DNA from: Octopus sinensis
Lineage: Eukaryota
Length of the DNA stretch: 64,000 nucleotides
Direction of reading: 5' to 3'
Assembly: GCF_006345805.1 (NCBI RefSeq)
Contig: NC_043004.1
Coordinates: forward strand, 16,058,001 to 16,122,000
This document shows, one piece after another, positions 41,905 to 54,799 of this stretch (position 1 is its first letter; every line of letters begins with the position of its first letter). Both the position numbers and the translations under genes were made by a program. The notes beneath the pieces were generated by a model. It saw only the letters and a program-made list of their open reading frames with translations. It was not told where the DNA came from and searched no databases.

Positions 41905-43850
41905 GTTTTCGGTATATATAGATTTTATAGAACGGTTAATTTCGGTATGCAAATTAGGGACTCCAGCATAGAATTATCTGTTCTTTTTGTTGAGTTTATA
42001 GAGCGGTTAAACATTTTCGGTATGCAAATTAGGGACTCCAGCATAGAATTAACTGCTGTATTTGTTGAGTATATATAGATTTTATAGACCGGTTAAAAAT
42101 CTTAGGTATGCAAATTAGGGACTCCAGCATAGAATTACCTGTTTTTTTGTTGAGTTTATAGAGCGGTTAAAAATTTTCGATATGCAAATTAGGGTCTCCA
42201 GCATAGAATTAACTGCACTATTTGTTGAGTGTATATAGATTTTATAGAGCGGTTAAAAATTTTGGGTATGGAAATTAGGGTCTCCAGCATAGAATTAACT
42301 GCTCTATTTGTTGATTATATATAGATTTTATAGAGTGGTTAAAACTTTTCGGTATGCAAATTAGGGTCTCCAGCATAGAATTAACTGCACTATTTGTTGA
42401 GTATATATAGATTTTATAGAGCGGTTAAAAATTTTGTGTATGCAAATTAGTGTCTCCAGCATGGAATTACCTGTTGTTTTTGTTGAGTTTATAGAGCGGT
42501 TAAACATTTTCGGTATGCAAATTAGGGACTCCTGCTTCGAATAACTGCTGTATTTGTTGAGTATATATAGAGTTTATATAGCGGTTGAACATTTTCGTTA
42601 TGCAATTTAGGGACTCCTGCACAGAATTATTGGTGTATTTGTTGAGTATATAAAGATTTTATAGAGTGGTTAAATATTTTCGGTATGCATATTTGGGACT
42701 GCTGCATAGATTAAGTGCTGTAATTGTTGAGTATATATAGAGTTTATAAAGCTGTTAATCATTTTCGATATGCAATTTAGGGACTCCTGTATTGAATAAC
42801 TGCTGCATTGTTTGAGTATATATAGAGTTTATAGAGCGGTTAAACATTTTCGGTATGCAAATTAGGGTCTCCAGCATAGAATTACTTGTTTTTTTGTTGA
42901 GTTTATAGAGCGGTTAAAAATTTTGGGTATGCAAATTCGGGACACCAACTTAGAATTACCTGTTTTTTTGTTGAGTTTATAGAGCGGTTAAATATTTTGG
43001 GTATGCAAATTCGGGACACCAACTTAGAATTACCTGTTTTTTTGTTGAGTTTATAGAGCGGTTAAATATTTTCGGTATTCAAATTAGAGACTCCTGCATA
43101 GAATAACTGCTGTATTTGTTGAGTATATATAGAGTTTATATAGCGGTTGATCATTTTCGTTATGCAAATTAGGGACTCCTGCACAGAATGACTGCTGTAT
43201 TTTTTGAGTATATATAGATTTTATAATGTGGTTAAACATTTTCGGTATGCAACTTTGGGACTGCTGCATAGAATAAGTGCTGTAATTGTTGAGTATATAT
43301 AGAGTTTATAAAGCTGTTAAACATTTTCGGTATGCAATTTAGGGACTCTTGTATTGAATAACTGCTGTATTTGTTGAGTATATATAGAGTTTATAGAGCG
43401 GTTAAACATTTTCGGTATGCAAATTAGGGAGTCTTTCATAGATTAATTGCTGTATTTGTTGAGTATATGTAGAGATTATAGAGCGGTTAAACATTTTTGG
43501 TATGCAAATTAGGGTCTCCTGTATAGAATAAATTCTGTATTTGTTGAGTATATATAGAGTTTATAGAGCGGTTAAACATATTCTGTATGCAAATTAGGGA
43601 CTCCTGCATAGAATAACTGCTGTATTTGTCGAGTATATATAGAGTTTGTAGAGCGGTTAAACATTTTCGGTATGCAAGTTAGGGACTCCTGCATAGAATA
43701 TCTGGTGCATCTTTTCAGTATTTAAACAGACGGATGGATTGATGGATGGATGGTTGGATGCATGTTTTCGCTATGCAAGTTAGGGGCTCCTTCATAGAAT
43801 AATTGATGTATTTGTTGAGCATATATAGAGTTTTAACTGATTTGTTTTGT
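41905..43850. repeat. Satellite/minisatellite array of ~22 units of two lengths (74-75 and 86 bp), bracketed by (ATGG)n
   Basis: Unit ttttcggtatgcaaattagggactccagcatagaatt...ttgttgagt(atatataga)tttatagagcggttaaaca. Measured periods 75, 86, 74, 86, 86, 86, 75, 86 bp. Confidence 0.95.
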
Positions 43851-44204
43851 ATTTATATCTAAATATGATAATACTAAAAAAATATACTATTGTCGAATTT
43901 ATAAGGTAAGATCTACCAAGTACCATATATACACTTGCAGTAGCAAACGTACAGATACTTCCTGCATCCGCCGTGTTACACATAGTGTATGCGCACATAG
44001 AATCATAAAAACAGCCATAATTGTATATACTCACATTATCTATGCATTGACAAAAGAAACAGAACCCACAATAACAACACACTAGTGTATATGGTCGCAA
44101 AATATCGTAAACATATACCAAGTGTTTACGAAGAAATTCATATAAAGGCAATTACGTTCAGACGCGTATATCTCAGCAAGCAATGCATATTAATTCAAAC
44201 GCGG

Positions 44205-44765
44205 CGACCTGACAGAAACGTTAGCACGCTGGACGAAATGCGTAGCCGTACTTCGTCTGCCGCTACGTTCTGAGTTCAAATTCCGCCGAGGTCGACTTTG
44301 CCTTTCATCATCCTTTCTGGCTCGATAAATTAAGTACCAGTTACGCACTAGAGTCGATATAATCGACTTAATCTGTCTATCTCTCCTTGTTTGTCTCCTC
44401 TGTGCTTATCCCCTTGTGGGTAGTAAAGAAATATGTATTTTGTCTGCCGTTACGTTCTGAGTTCAGATTCTGCCGGGGTCGACTTCACCTGTCATCCTTT
44501 CGGGCTCGATAAATTAAGTACCAGTTACGCACTGGGGTCTATATAATCGACTTAATCTGTTTGTCTGTCCTTGTTTGTTCTCTTTGTGTTTAGCCCCTTG
44601 TGGGTAGTAAAGAAATAGGTATTTCGTCTGCCGTTACGTTCTGAGTTCAAATTCCACTGAGGTCGACTTTGCCTTTCATAATTTCGTGATTACTGGAGTC
44701 GACGTAATCGACTGGCCCCTTCAAGGCAATTTCGGGGCCTTGTGCCTAGAGTAGCAAACATTAAC
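44205..44765 (+). mobile_element. Three tandem, partly overlapping copies of SINE family 2 (Meta-domain-like)
   Basis: tacgttctgagttca(a/g)att recurs at ~44265, ~44452 and ~44635, each followed by gcctttcat...cgataaattaagtaccag (deleted in copy 3). Confidence 0.8.
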
Positions 44766-44779
44766 TACTGAAAACGTCC

Positions 44780-45135
44780 AGGCCCACATAAATTCAGAAG
44801 GAGGTGATTATTGTTATCGTTAGGTCTAATTCATCGTAAAACAAATACGGACAAGAGTAATATCCAAAGTATAGTGGAAAAGGCAAGCCACTGGATTTGG
44901 TTAAAATGAGACGATGAGCAATGGCTACAGGAATATTGAGCGAAACCTGTTCATCTAGCAAGCGAGGACTCATTTCAGGAAGGCCGGTTGCAATGATGCC
45001 ATCGAGAGGTAAGACTCGAAACGGTGCGCATTCTCTCCTGATGACCCCACACACTTACTAGCATCTTGTAAGCGGAGCTTTTAACTGGTAGCACTTGCAC
45101 CGGCAACTGGTAGCGTTTGCATGGTGGCAACAGGT
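44780..45135 (+). mobile_element. 3' end of a second HERO-like LINE copy
   Basis: Homologous to 14930-15250 (gtggaaaaggcaagccactggatttggttaaaatgagacgatgagcaatg; cgaaacggtgcgcattct.tcctgatgac). Confidence 0.8.
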
Positions 45136-45578
45136 ATGCAAACATAAACTATAGCAGAGTGAACCGTGCGATGGCAGAAGCACTTTTAATATATTTTCAA
45201 AGTATATGTATTAATACTGAAATAACAAACGCATTCGTATGTAGCCCCAAAGTAAACCTCTAGCAATCCGCGAACATTTACACAGATAAATGCACAGATA
45301 CATACACTCATGGACACTCAGCTGATATATAATTTCTTTTACACATGAACGTTTTACTTTCCCCTAACGAGAGGCAGGAATGTGTATGTGCATATGTTCA
45401 ATTATATGTGTGCTTGGGGGGTGTAGATATACGTATGCATGTGAGTCCTTGTGCATGGGAGGGTGCGGAAGTGTATGTGTGGGTTTATGGGTACGCGCAT
45501 GTATATGCATGTATGTGGGTCGCACAAGTATGTGTGCCTGTGTGAATATATGTATATGTGAATATATGTGTATATATA

Positions 45579-45664
<86 letters not shown>

Positions 45665-45677
45665 ATATATATATATA

Positions 45678-45740
<63 letters not shown>

Positions 45741-48700
45741 TATATATATATGTTCATATATGTATGTATGTATATATATGTATACATATGTATGTGTATA
45801 TGCGTACACCTGTGAGTAGATAAGATCCGGTCGGCATATGTATCATAGCGGGCAGACCCTCCGAATTGGTAAATATCCTGGCATGATGTATACTGCAGGC
45901 TATTCGCCAGGCCAAAGATATCTTGATTAAATCAAAGTTTACATTGTCGCAAAGACAATACATATTAATACATGGAAGATTCACCCACTTTCTAAATACA
46001 GCACCTCAAGTGTACCAAGAGGCAAACTTCCTTCATAATGAATGGCGGCAAAGAACAAGTTAATGTTTTACTCCTAAATTAGGTGGAACATTTAATTTTA
46101 GACACCAATATTTTTCTTGTAGTGTGCCGTGTGTCTCATCGACTTGAAATAATTTTGTGCTTCCCGATGGTAGCAAACCTGCTTAACAAGCAACTCTAGA
46201 AGACTACAGTTTTTAAAAAAATGCGTGTCCTTTCGAAAGTAAGATAAATAATGACATGATAAAATTTCAGTGAGAATTTCAGCAATTAAGCAAAAACTTC
46301 TCTTGCTATTTCTGTGTTAGTACAGTCAACCTTTGACTGAAATCAAAGCGAAATAATTATTCTGCAGTGTTTGCTTTCTTTCTGGTAGTTTCTGAGCTCG
46401 AATAAGAGCAGGGTCAAATTCACCTTTCATTCATCCGGAGTCAATACAAACGATATCGATAATATATTGGAGTTATTCCAATTTCCCATTCGAAACCTCT
46501 GTATTTCTGTGGTCTCCTGCCAACAGAATGAATCGAATATATTTAGTGATCTTCGACGAAGTTTTGTGAAAAAGTAATCAATGTAGACATATGTATAAAT
46601 TTTATGTATGCTACAGTTAAAACGCAATGGTGTTTCATGGAGATTTTATTTGTTTAATCTGAGTTCGATTTCATAGAGCACACTCTAAAATAATGTCGAT
46701 TATTCTGCTATCACAATCCTGAGTTTTTATTTTATGTATGTCATATATATCGCCCTCCCGTTTATATTGTACAGTGTTTCGTTATTTCAACGAAATTTTA
46801 TGTAGATTTCTTAGAGATTTACCAATCACTTAGCGATTCCCTTACTAGCTGTTTTCTTGTGCGAGCACACACACACACATATGTATAATGTACATATATC
46901 TATATGTGTGTTTGCGTGTGTGTATCCATGTGTGCGTATCCAAGAAAGGATAGCGTAATGAAATTTAATGCTGGCGACGCTATAAATTCTTCGACGTACT
47001 CTGGGTTCATATATAAAGAAATAACTCAAGGGATAATTTAATTCTTTATAATACAGATAATGCCGTAGACGTTACTACTCCTTTTAGTTGATCATAAGTG
47101 TGCACTACTGAAGTATTATTTATTTTCTGATGCTTAATAATGAAATACAAAACAGATTTGAATTAACACAACAAAGCATTTTGTTCGTCAATCTCGCTAG
47201 CTTGTCAATTTACCGCCCTGACTGAGGTTAATATGAATTTCCATCAAGACCTGTAACTACAGGTCATTGAATGAAGACAATCACTGGTTCACAGCTATGC
47301 AATAAATTTAGACTGTCATCAACAACATCGACTCATGAGCCGAATTTAGCAGACAATGTATAAGTTTAAAAATAAAAATAAAAATGAAATAGTAGGTTCA
47401 GCATAACCTGTCTTCCTTGATTTATTTTTTATATATATGCTTTGTGCTATTTCGGATGAATAACAAACCAACTGGCTTCCCTATCATTTGACAATTCAAC
47501 GCGTTTTCTTACACTTCGCAGCCAAGATGTCGAAACAGTGCAGGAGATATTTATGTATGAAATCGGATATAAGGCTGTCAAACACGGCTCATTAGTATAA
47601 TACTTAATGGTATACAGCGCAATAATATATACTACAGTACCAATATAAAGTGAGTTGATGATAAATAATTATACGTCGGCAAACGTATATGTAAATTGGT
47701 TTGCTGTGAATTAAAAGTCATCAATATTCGGGGATTTGTTACTGATTTGCTTACGCATGTCCTCTATGCACTGAGAAACCATAAGATGTGTTTCTTCTAA
47801 AGAGGCAAACTTTCCAGAATAAGTGCGAAATCAAAGATAGAAAAATCGTTCATGCACCACATCAATAAAGACAAAAAATAACCACAAAGTAGATTAAAAT
47901 TTTCAACCGACAAAAGCCAATTGACATGCGAAAAGTGGAAGAGTGAATTAATAGAACAAAAAGGTTTCGAAACATCTGATAATACTTTAAGATCAAATGA
48001 GACAGAAAACAATGAAACGGGTAACTTCAAAAAGGAAACTTGGAAATTATGTAGAAGTTTCGGTCCGTAAGAGGAAAGAAAAATGACTAAACATAAATTC
48101 TAAAGTAACAATACAGTATTCTACGCGTGCGCACATGCACACTCACGCATACACAGTTACACACACATACACACATACACACACACACACGCACACACGA
48201 ACACACATGCACGCACGAACGCATACACACTTGCACTCACGCAGACACGCATACATACATACACACAAAAACACGCACATACATGCACACACACACAAAC
48301 ACACACATATACACACTCATACACACAAGAAACATTTATTTGCGAATGAATAAACATGTGATATAGGATTCTGATCAGTAACCATAGTAAAAAAACATTT
48401 TAGGTGATACGACAGTCAATTGAAGGTGAGTGAACTTAATGACATTAAACAGCAGAGATCAGACACAGAAAATGTGTTGCATAACACTTTGCACACGGAC
48501 TTTGCTACATAACATTTCCCTATATAAATATTCAAATATGAATTTGCATATTTTAACTTGCATCTCTACTGAATCGCTTACGTTTGGATTTCTGTCGCAG
48601 TAAGTAACTCATGGTATGTTAACATCTTTGTAGCGTTATGCTATCATTTACGTATATCTCTTACCATGTATTACATTACATATATATAACTTAAAATGTA

Positions 48701-49906
48701 ATAAATTACCATATCATAAAAGATATATTTTTATCAAAGACAGAATCTTACGCAACCAAGGTGGAATATTTAATCTAAATATAGAACAAACATCTTAATA
48801 TCCTACACTCAATAAGTTGTCAAATGTAGGGTGGTTTCTTATCAAAATTGGATATTCAAAACTTACTACAGATAATTTGCAATCATGCTTATCGTGTTGG
48901 TTGTATAATGGAAACAGAAACTTTCAGCGCTTATAAAATGGTGGTTTCGGTGCGAGGAAAGCTTTTTTTTCTGTCGAGGGCTTCTATGCCCCGTTATTAG
49001 ACTATTTTCCTTAATCATTGCACGGTGATCGCCATAAGCTTTAACCTTATATAAAAATACCATTACTATTAGTTACAAAATTATGATATATCACATACCC
49101 AAGAATATAAATGTATAAAGGAGTACCAGTAAGGAAAATATATCATAGATACATATATATACTTACAAGACAGTGCGTTACTAAGGTTTGTGTACATGCA
49201 ATATGATGGTTTTTACAGTTTGATGTGCTTTCTTGTAGAGAAATTATTTAAGATATACACACATATAAACCGAAAACGTAAGTCGTATTTTAAGTGTTAT
49301 ATGATACACGCACCGCTCTTTTTTTATTGTTATATGATATACGTAATAAGCGCAACTGTTAATTAATATATGTACCGATTTGATACGTAATAATATTTAT
49401 TTTCCTTCGGAATTTTCGTGACTATCAGAAATTGATACTTAGAGAGAGTAGCCACGTGCCCATGGAATTATAATAATCATTCAGATAACATTGTAGTGAG
49501 CGAAGAAGCCTTGTAATTACGGATGTATGCATGTTATATTTTCCTCAGTAAACGCCCAGTAGATTGATCGGTAGACACGTAAAAGCCACGACGGAGTTCA
49601 TTTCATTTAATAATATTCGGAATCTATATAGGCAGCAGTCTGGTTCCGTGTACTTCGTTTTGGTTAGTAGAAATTTACAAAGGGATATTATACATTTGGT
49701 GCTGCAAATAGAATATAAAATCTTTTGAAAACAGTCGTAGATTTCAGTTAATTAAAGAAATACATTTGCCTTTGAAAATATAACCGAATTGTTAAAGTTG
49801 GAAAATACTGAATAACTAGTTTAATAATTTCAAAGAGGATTGAAGAAAATTTTGCCAACAAAACAGAAAATTAAAAAGTCATGTCTGTACATATATGTAT
49901 ATGTTT

Positions 49907-49980
<74 letters not shown>

Positions 49981-49985
49981 ATATA

Positions 49986-50026
<41 letters not shown>

Positions 50027-50104
50027 GTGTGTGTGTGTGTGTGTGTGTGTGTGTGGTGTGCGCGTGTGTGTGTGCATGTGTGCGCGTGTGTGTGTGTGTA
50101 TGTA

Positions 50105-50140
<36 letters not shown>

Positions 50141-50499
50141 TGTATGTATAAGACAGGAATTGAAAAGGAAAAAATATCAAAACAAACGCAGGCAAATGTC
50201 ATTTCTGCTTAAATAACTGACAGTTCGCTTAATTCAACATATTCATTTGAAGTGAGTAGGATTTTGCTTGCCAAATGGTATAAAAATAAATATCCTTGAT
50301 TTGATTTAATATTGCGTTCAAAGAATTCGAAGACATTTTACTAATAAAGCTAAGAGGAAATTAAAATTGTAAATTTTATCTGATATGAAAAATGTTTCTT
50401 TGGAAAAATATCAAATACCATGTAACTTCTGATTGAAACATCGCCTTATATCATAAATATATGCGTATACATACATAAATGCATATCTATATGTACAAT

Positions 50500-51215
50500 C
50501 TTTTTTTCATAATGAGATAAAAAACCAAGGCTCTGAAGATTTTAGAACATTTATAAATAGAAGGTCTTACAGATGTTTCCAGGATATTTATTATATTCCT
50601 TCATCGGAGACGTTGTGATAAAACGATTAAGCAATAGTTAATTTAGAAAAGATACGAATTAGAGAGTGAAATGGAGGAATGAAAATAGATGTGAGATATG
50701 CAGGGATATTGCATTTGTAGATCCATTATTTAGGCGGAATGGTATACATATGAGATTCCAATACTTTGTGAGTAAATGCTATTGGAGTTTACTCACAAGG
50801 TATTGGAATCTCATATGTATACCATTCTGCCAAAATAATTGATCTACAAATGCAATATCCATGAATATCTCACATCTTTTTTTCATTCCTCTATTTCACT
50901 CTCTAGTTCGTATCTCATCTAAATTAACTATTGCTTAATCATTTTATCACATCGTCTCCGATGAAGGGATATAATATATATCCAGGTAACAACTGCAAAA
51001 CCTATTTATAAATGTTCTCAAATCTTCAGTTTTGGCTTTTTTATCTCATTCTGAAAAAAGAATTTATATATACACATGCTGATATATGACCTACGTTGGA
51101 CCCCTTATTCGCAGAATCACCGAACCTGGAGCTTAACTATGGTCTATCCATAGCACTTACTCAGCATTACCTGACACTTTTGGCTTTTACTGACACCATT
51201 ACCTCTCATAACACA
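50500..51215. mobile_element. Fold-back HHR-bearing element: ~275-bp inverted arms, 11-nt spacer, plus a 130-bp terminal segment
   Basis: 50500-50776 is the diverged reverse complement of 50788-51060 around the spacer tgctattggag. Same family as 32530-33330. Confidence 0.85.
50564..50611 (-). ncRNA. Type I hammerhead ribozyme motif, U4C core variant
   Basis: gtct CCGATGA aggaatat...atatcctg GAAA C-ATCT-G UA agac, with a 4-bp stem I. The mirror copy at ~50955-51000 has a mutated GAAA (GTAA). Confidence 0.6.
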
Positions 51216-51616
51216 CACACATATATATATATACATGTGAGCGCGTGTGTGTATTTGAGTTATTCTTTATTCCTCTAGTGGTCTCCGTAGAGGCAAGACA
51301 GAATTTTCCTATATTCACCGCCTGAACACATCTCTACATGTAAATATTCAGTGAAGTTCTACATACCGCCAACATACATGATACTATTTCTACCAATGCT
51401 TATTCTACCTCTATGGTGGTTTATTCTTGCTGGATATTAAAGTTACTTTAATAATAATTATATTTTCATGTATACTTGTATGTATATATGTATATATATA
51501 TATTATATATATATTATATATATATATATAATATATATATGCATATATCTATATACACATATATATATATACATATATATACTTATATATATATATACAT
51601 ATATATATACATACAA

Positions 51617-51700
<84 letters not shown>

Positions 51701-51724
51701 ATATATATTATATATATATATATA

Positions 51725-53520
51725 AATGAAAGAATGGAGTTGCACGAGGAATTAACAAAATTCCTTTATTTTCGACATATGTTTCGAAGGCTGCATATTC
51801 CTAATTTCGAAGGAATAAGGGGTGCATTATGCCGTCTTCTCATCAGGAAAAACAAGGAACTTATGTCAGTATCAAGATGCACAAAAACTTTTAGATGACT
51901 GCCCACACGGAGCCCATAGCGATAATGAGTGTTTCTTTAAAATATTCCGTTATAAGCAGTGACGTCAAAAATGGTTGAATGTAGAAGATTCTATAAGGTT
52001 CAAGGATTCAAACAAGGTTGGAGGAGAGAGGCCTAAGAATAGGAAGGTGATAGAGTGCAGGTCATATGAATGGTGATTTGTTGTTTTCTTTTGTGATTGA
52101 GTGCCTATATGTGTGTATGTATATAACTGCATTCATGTCTATGTGTGTGTATGTGTGTGCGTGATTGTGTGTGTGGTTGGGTAGAAGCCAAAAACAGACA
52201 GTGGTGAAGTGACAGGTTTGTGTCGGTGTGTTTGATTGTGCTTACGATAGATAGAGGGAAAGAGAGAGAGAGAGAGGAGGGTGAGGTAGAGAGAAAAGGT
52301 AAAACATACCTCAATGGATTGGGTAGAAGTCCTTTATGAGTATAAAAATTGACTATGGGGGTGATATATAAATGGGACAATATTATTAAAATTCAAGGAG
52401 GTTATTATTCATATGAGTGAAAGGTGTGTTTTTGGCAGTGCATGCCCCTATAGGATTTCTCGACCATTGTATTTATTAAAGGGACTTTGGCGAACAATAT
52501 ATGGAAAAGTTCGGAATTACAGACGCCACAAAATTTTCTGCCCTTATCAAACGGAAAGGATACAGACAATATGGACCATTCCAGCTTGAAAGTTGTATTG
52601 CTGTCCTTAAGACGCCAAACTAATTTACTTAGTCCTGTGCTTTGTTGTTTTCTCTTATCTCGGAAAGTTGAATAATGATTGGAGATCCTGTGGGCTAATT
52701 TAGAAGTAGTTGCCCCAATGTAGAAGAAGACATCGGTACCGAAAGAAATGTTGCACTGGTAAATGGAATTTCTAATTTTGGAATTGCTGGATAAGAACTT
52801 TAATCTGTTAGGGTTTACCTCCGAGACTAAGACGGAGTTTTTATTGTTATGATTGCTGTTAATATTATTGCTAGCATTGACCACAATACTATTCCTATTA
52901 TTATCATTACTATTAATTGTACTATCGTCGGCAATTTCCCTGACTATAGGAATGCTGGGGTTATTATCATCAATACTACCACTGTTATTAGAAATGATGT
53001 CGTTATTACCACTAACACTACCACTGTTAATAATCTGACTAATATTATTATTAATATTACTATTGTTAATGCCAACGCTGCTATGAATGTTGCTATTATC
53101 AATACTATTTCTATTATTATTATTATTGTATGTTTGGTTGGAATTGGTAAGGGCAGTGTCGCTACTCCCGGGTGATGAGTCCTTATTTAGCAGCTTGTTA
53201 TTATGGGAGGCACTGATCTGCGATAGATTTCTAGTGTTGGAGAATGCAATTGATAGTAGAGTAATACCTAGAATTCCATGGAAAGTTCCTAGCTACGGCT
53301 TCACGGAACTGTAAAGGGAGGTTAGACCTGATTTGTTTCCCGAAAGGAATGAGCTTCACGGAACTGTAAAGGGAGGTTAGACCTGATTTGTTTCCCGAAA
53401 GGAATGACAAACCAGATATAGTTTTTTGTGGACTTAGAATAGTTTAGAGTGTCACCATTTCCATTAAAGGGAGTATTTCTGTGCTGGAGAATTGATGTTG
53501 GTTTCCGATTGCCTCCCCTG
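51725..53520 (-). mobile_element. Penelope-like element: linker, GIY-YIG endonuclease and 3' UTR with HHR
   Basis: YIWFVIPFGKQIRSN...NFPWNSRYYS; SNTRNLSQISASHNNKLL; IYQCNI...YIGATTSKLAHRISNH...TGLSKLVWRLK...WSIL...CGVCNSE. Open frame 53292 to 52405. Confidence 0.9.
51763..51857 (-). ncRNA. Canonical minimal type I hammerhead ribozyme
   Basis: ccttgtttttc CTGATGA gaag...cttc GAAA C-ATAT-G UC gaaaataaagg. Intact core, G10.1-C11.1, GUC site, palindromic stem III loop. Stem I is 5 bp + 2x2 internal loop + 4 bp. Confidence 0.85.
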
Positions 53521-53574
53521 GTCCGTAAATTATTTATTATATATATATATATATATATAATATATATATATATA

Positions 53575-53648
<74 letters not shown>

Positions 53649-53717
53649 ATATATATTATATACATATATACAGAGAGGTAGACACAGAGAGGAAGAGAGA
53701 CAAAGAGAGTGAGAGAT

Positions 53718-53945
53718 ATTTATTTTACTTTCTTTTACTTGTTTCAGTCATTTAACTGTCGCCATGCTGGAGTACTGCCTTGAAAGGTTTTAGTAGAACA
53801 AATTAACCCCGAGAATATTTTTCCAGCCTAGTACTTATTCTATAGGTGTCTTTCGCTGATCCCTGAAGTTACGTGGAGATAACACACCAAAACAGGTTCT
53901 CAAGCAGTGATTGGGAGGAGGGAAACACATACACAAAGACACTCA
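53718..53945 (-). mobile_element. SINE family 1, 3' half
   Basis: Reverse complement of the tail (ttacttgtttcagtcattt...agcctagtacttattctat). Confidence 0.8.
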
Positions 53946-54029
53946 CACACACACACACAGGCAAACACATACATGCACACACGCACACACATACACACAT
54001 ATAATGGATCCTCTCGTCGTGACGGGCAA

Positions 54030-54580
54030 ATGAGGGTTCAGTAAAATAAAGCGGTAATAATGCTCTATGGCACGCATGTGCCTCTTGAGGCTTGCGGGTG
54101 CCTTGCAAACCTTTTGGCAAATTGAACAAGTTGAGGACTCAGTTTGTCCGAGTGCTTGCAGATCATTTACTATGTGTTTTCTTGAGTGGACGGCAAGGCC
54201 TGCTTTGCTTCGTGCTATAAAACCACAATTGCAGGTAAGGTTTCCATTCAGACGAGCAGCGTTTTTCCAGCGTGCCTTCATGCTTGTACAAAGTTGGTCC
54301 TGATCCCGGAGTTGACTTGGCTCAAATCTTTGAACTGAGGAGAAGCAAGACTGCAGCTGAGTCCTGAGGTCTGGTGCTTCATTATCCAAGGAAGAAAAGG
54401 AATTGTTGCATCGCATCAGATTGTCTTTTAGTTTGTTTTTGATACCCATCTGACCTTCTTGTTGGGAGTTGACCAAAGAGAAGTCGCTTCGGAAACCTCA
54501 CGTCACTCTTACATGAGAAATGATCTGGCTGTATTTTGATGAGGATGGCTTCAATAGCTCATATGCTGAATTACGTTAGT
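54030..54580 (-). mobile_element. 3' end of an RTE-clade LINE with two C2H2-type zinc fingers
   Basis: ORF 53943-54476: GIKNKLKDNLMRC...EAPDLRT...VQRFE...TCNCGFIARSKAGLAVHSRKH...TCSICQKVCKAPASLKRHMR. Matches the RTE C-terminal pattern. Confidence 0.7.
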
Positions 54581-54799
54581 ACAATACCTGATATGTTGCA
54601 TTTTGTTTGTTACGAATATGGTCATTCGGTTTTATATTTTTAAAATAATTGTTATTTAATTCTGTTGCTGGTTATATTTCTGTTAATTTCTAATTTTTGT
54701 TTTTCACCATTTAATTGTATTATTTATATTTATTTTTAATTCTCATAATTTTTGCTTTTCACTATTTGTTTGCTGTATTTTCTATTTTTGTATCTTTTA

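Noticed and set aside
41905-43850. CRISPR-like array
   Set aside because: Units are contiguous diverged repeats with no unique spacers, there are no cas genes, and the context is eukaryotic.
47880-48090. Purine-rich ~60-codon open frame (LTCEKWKSELIEQKGFETSD...)
   Set aside because: No start codon, no convincing splice acceptor and no recognisable homology.
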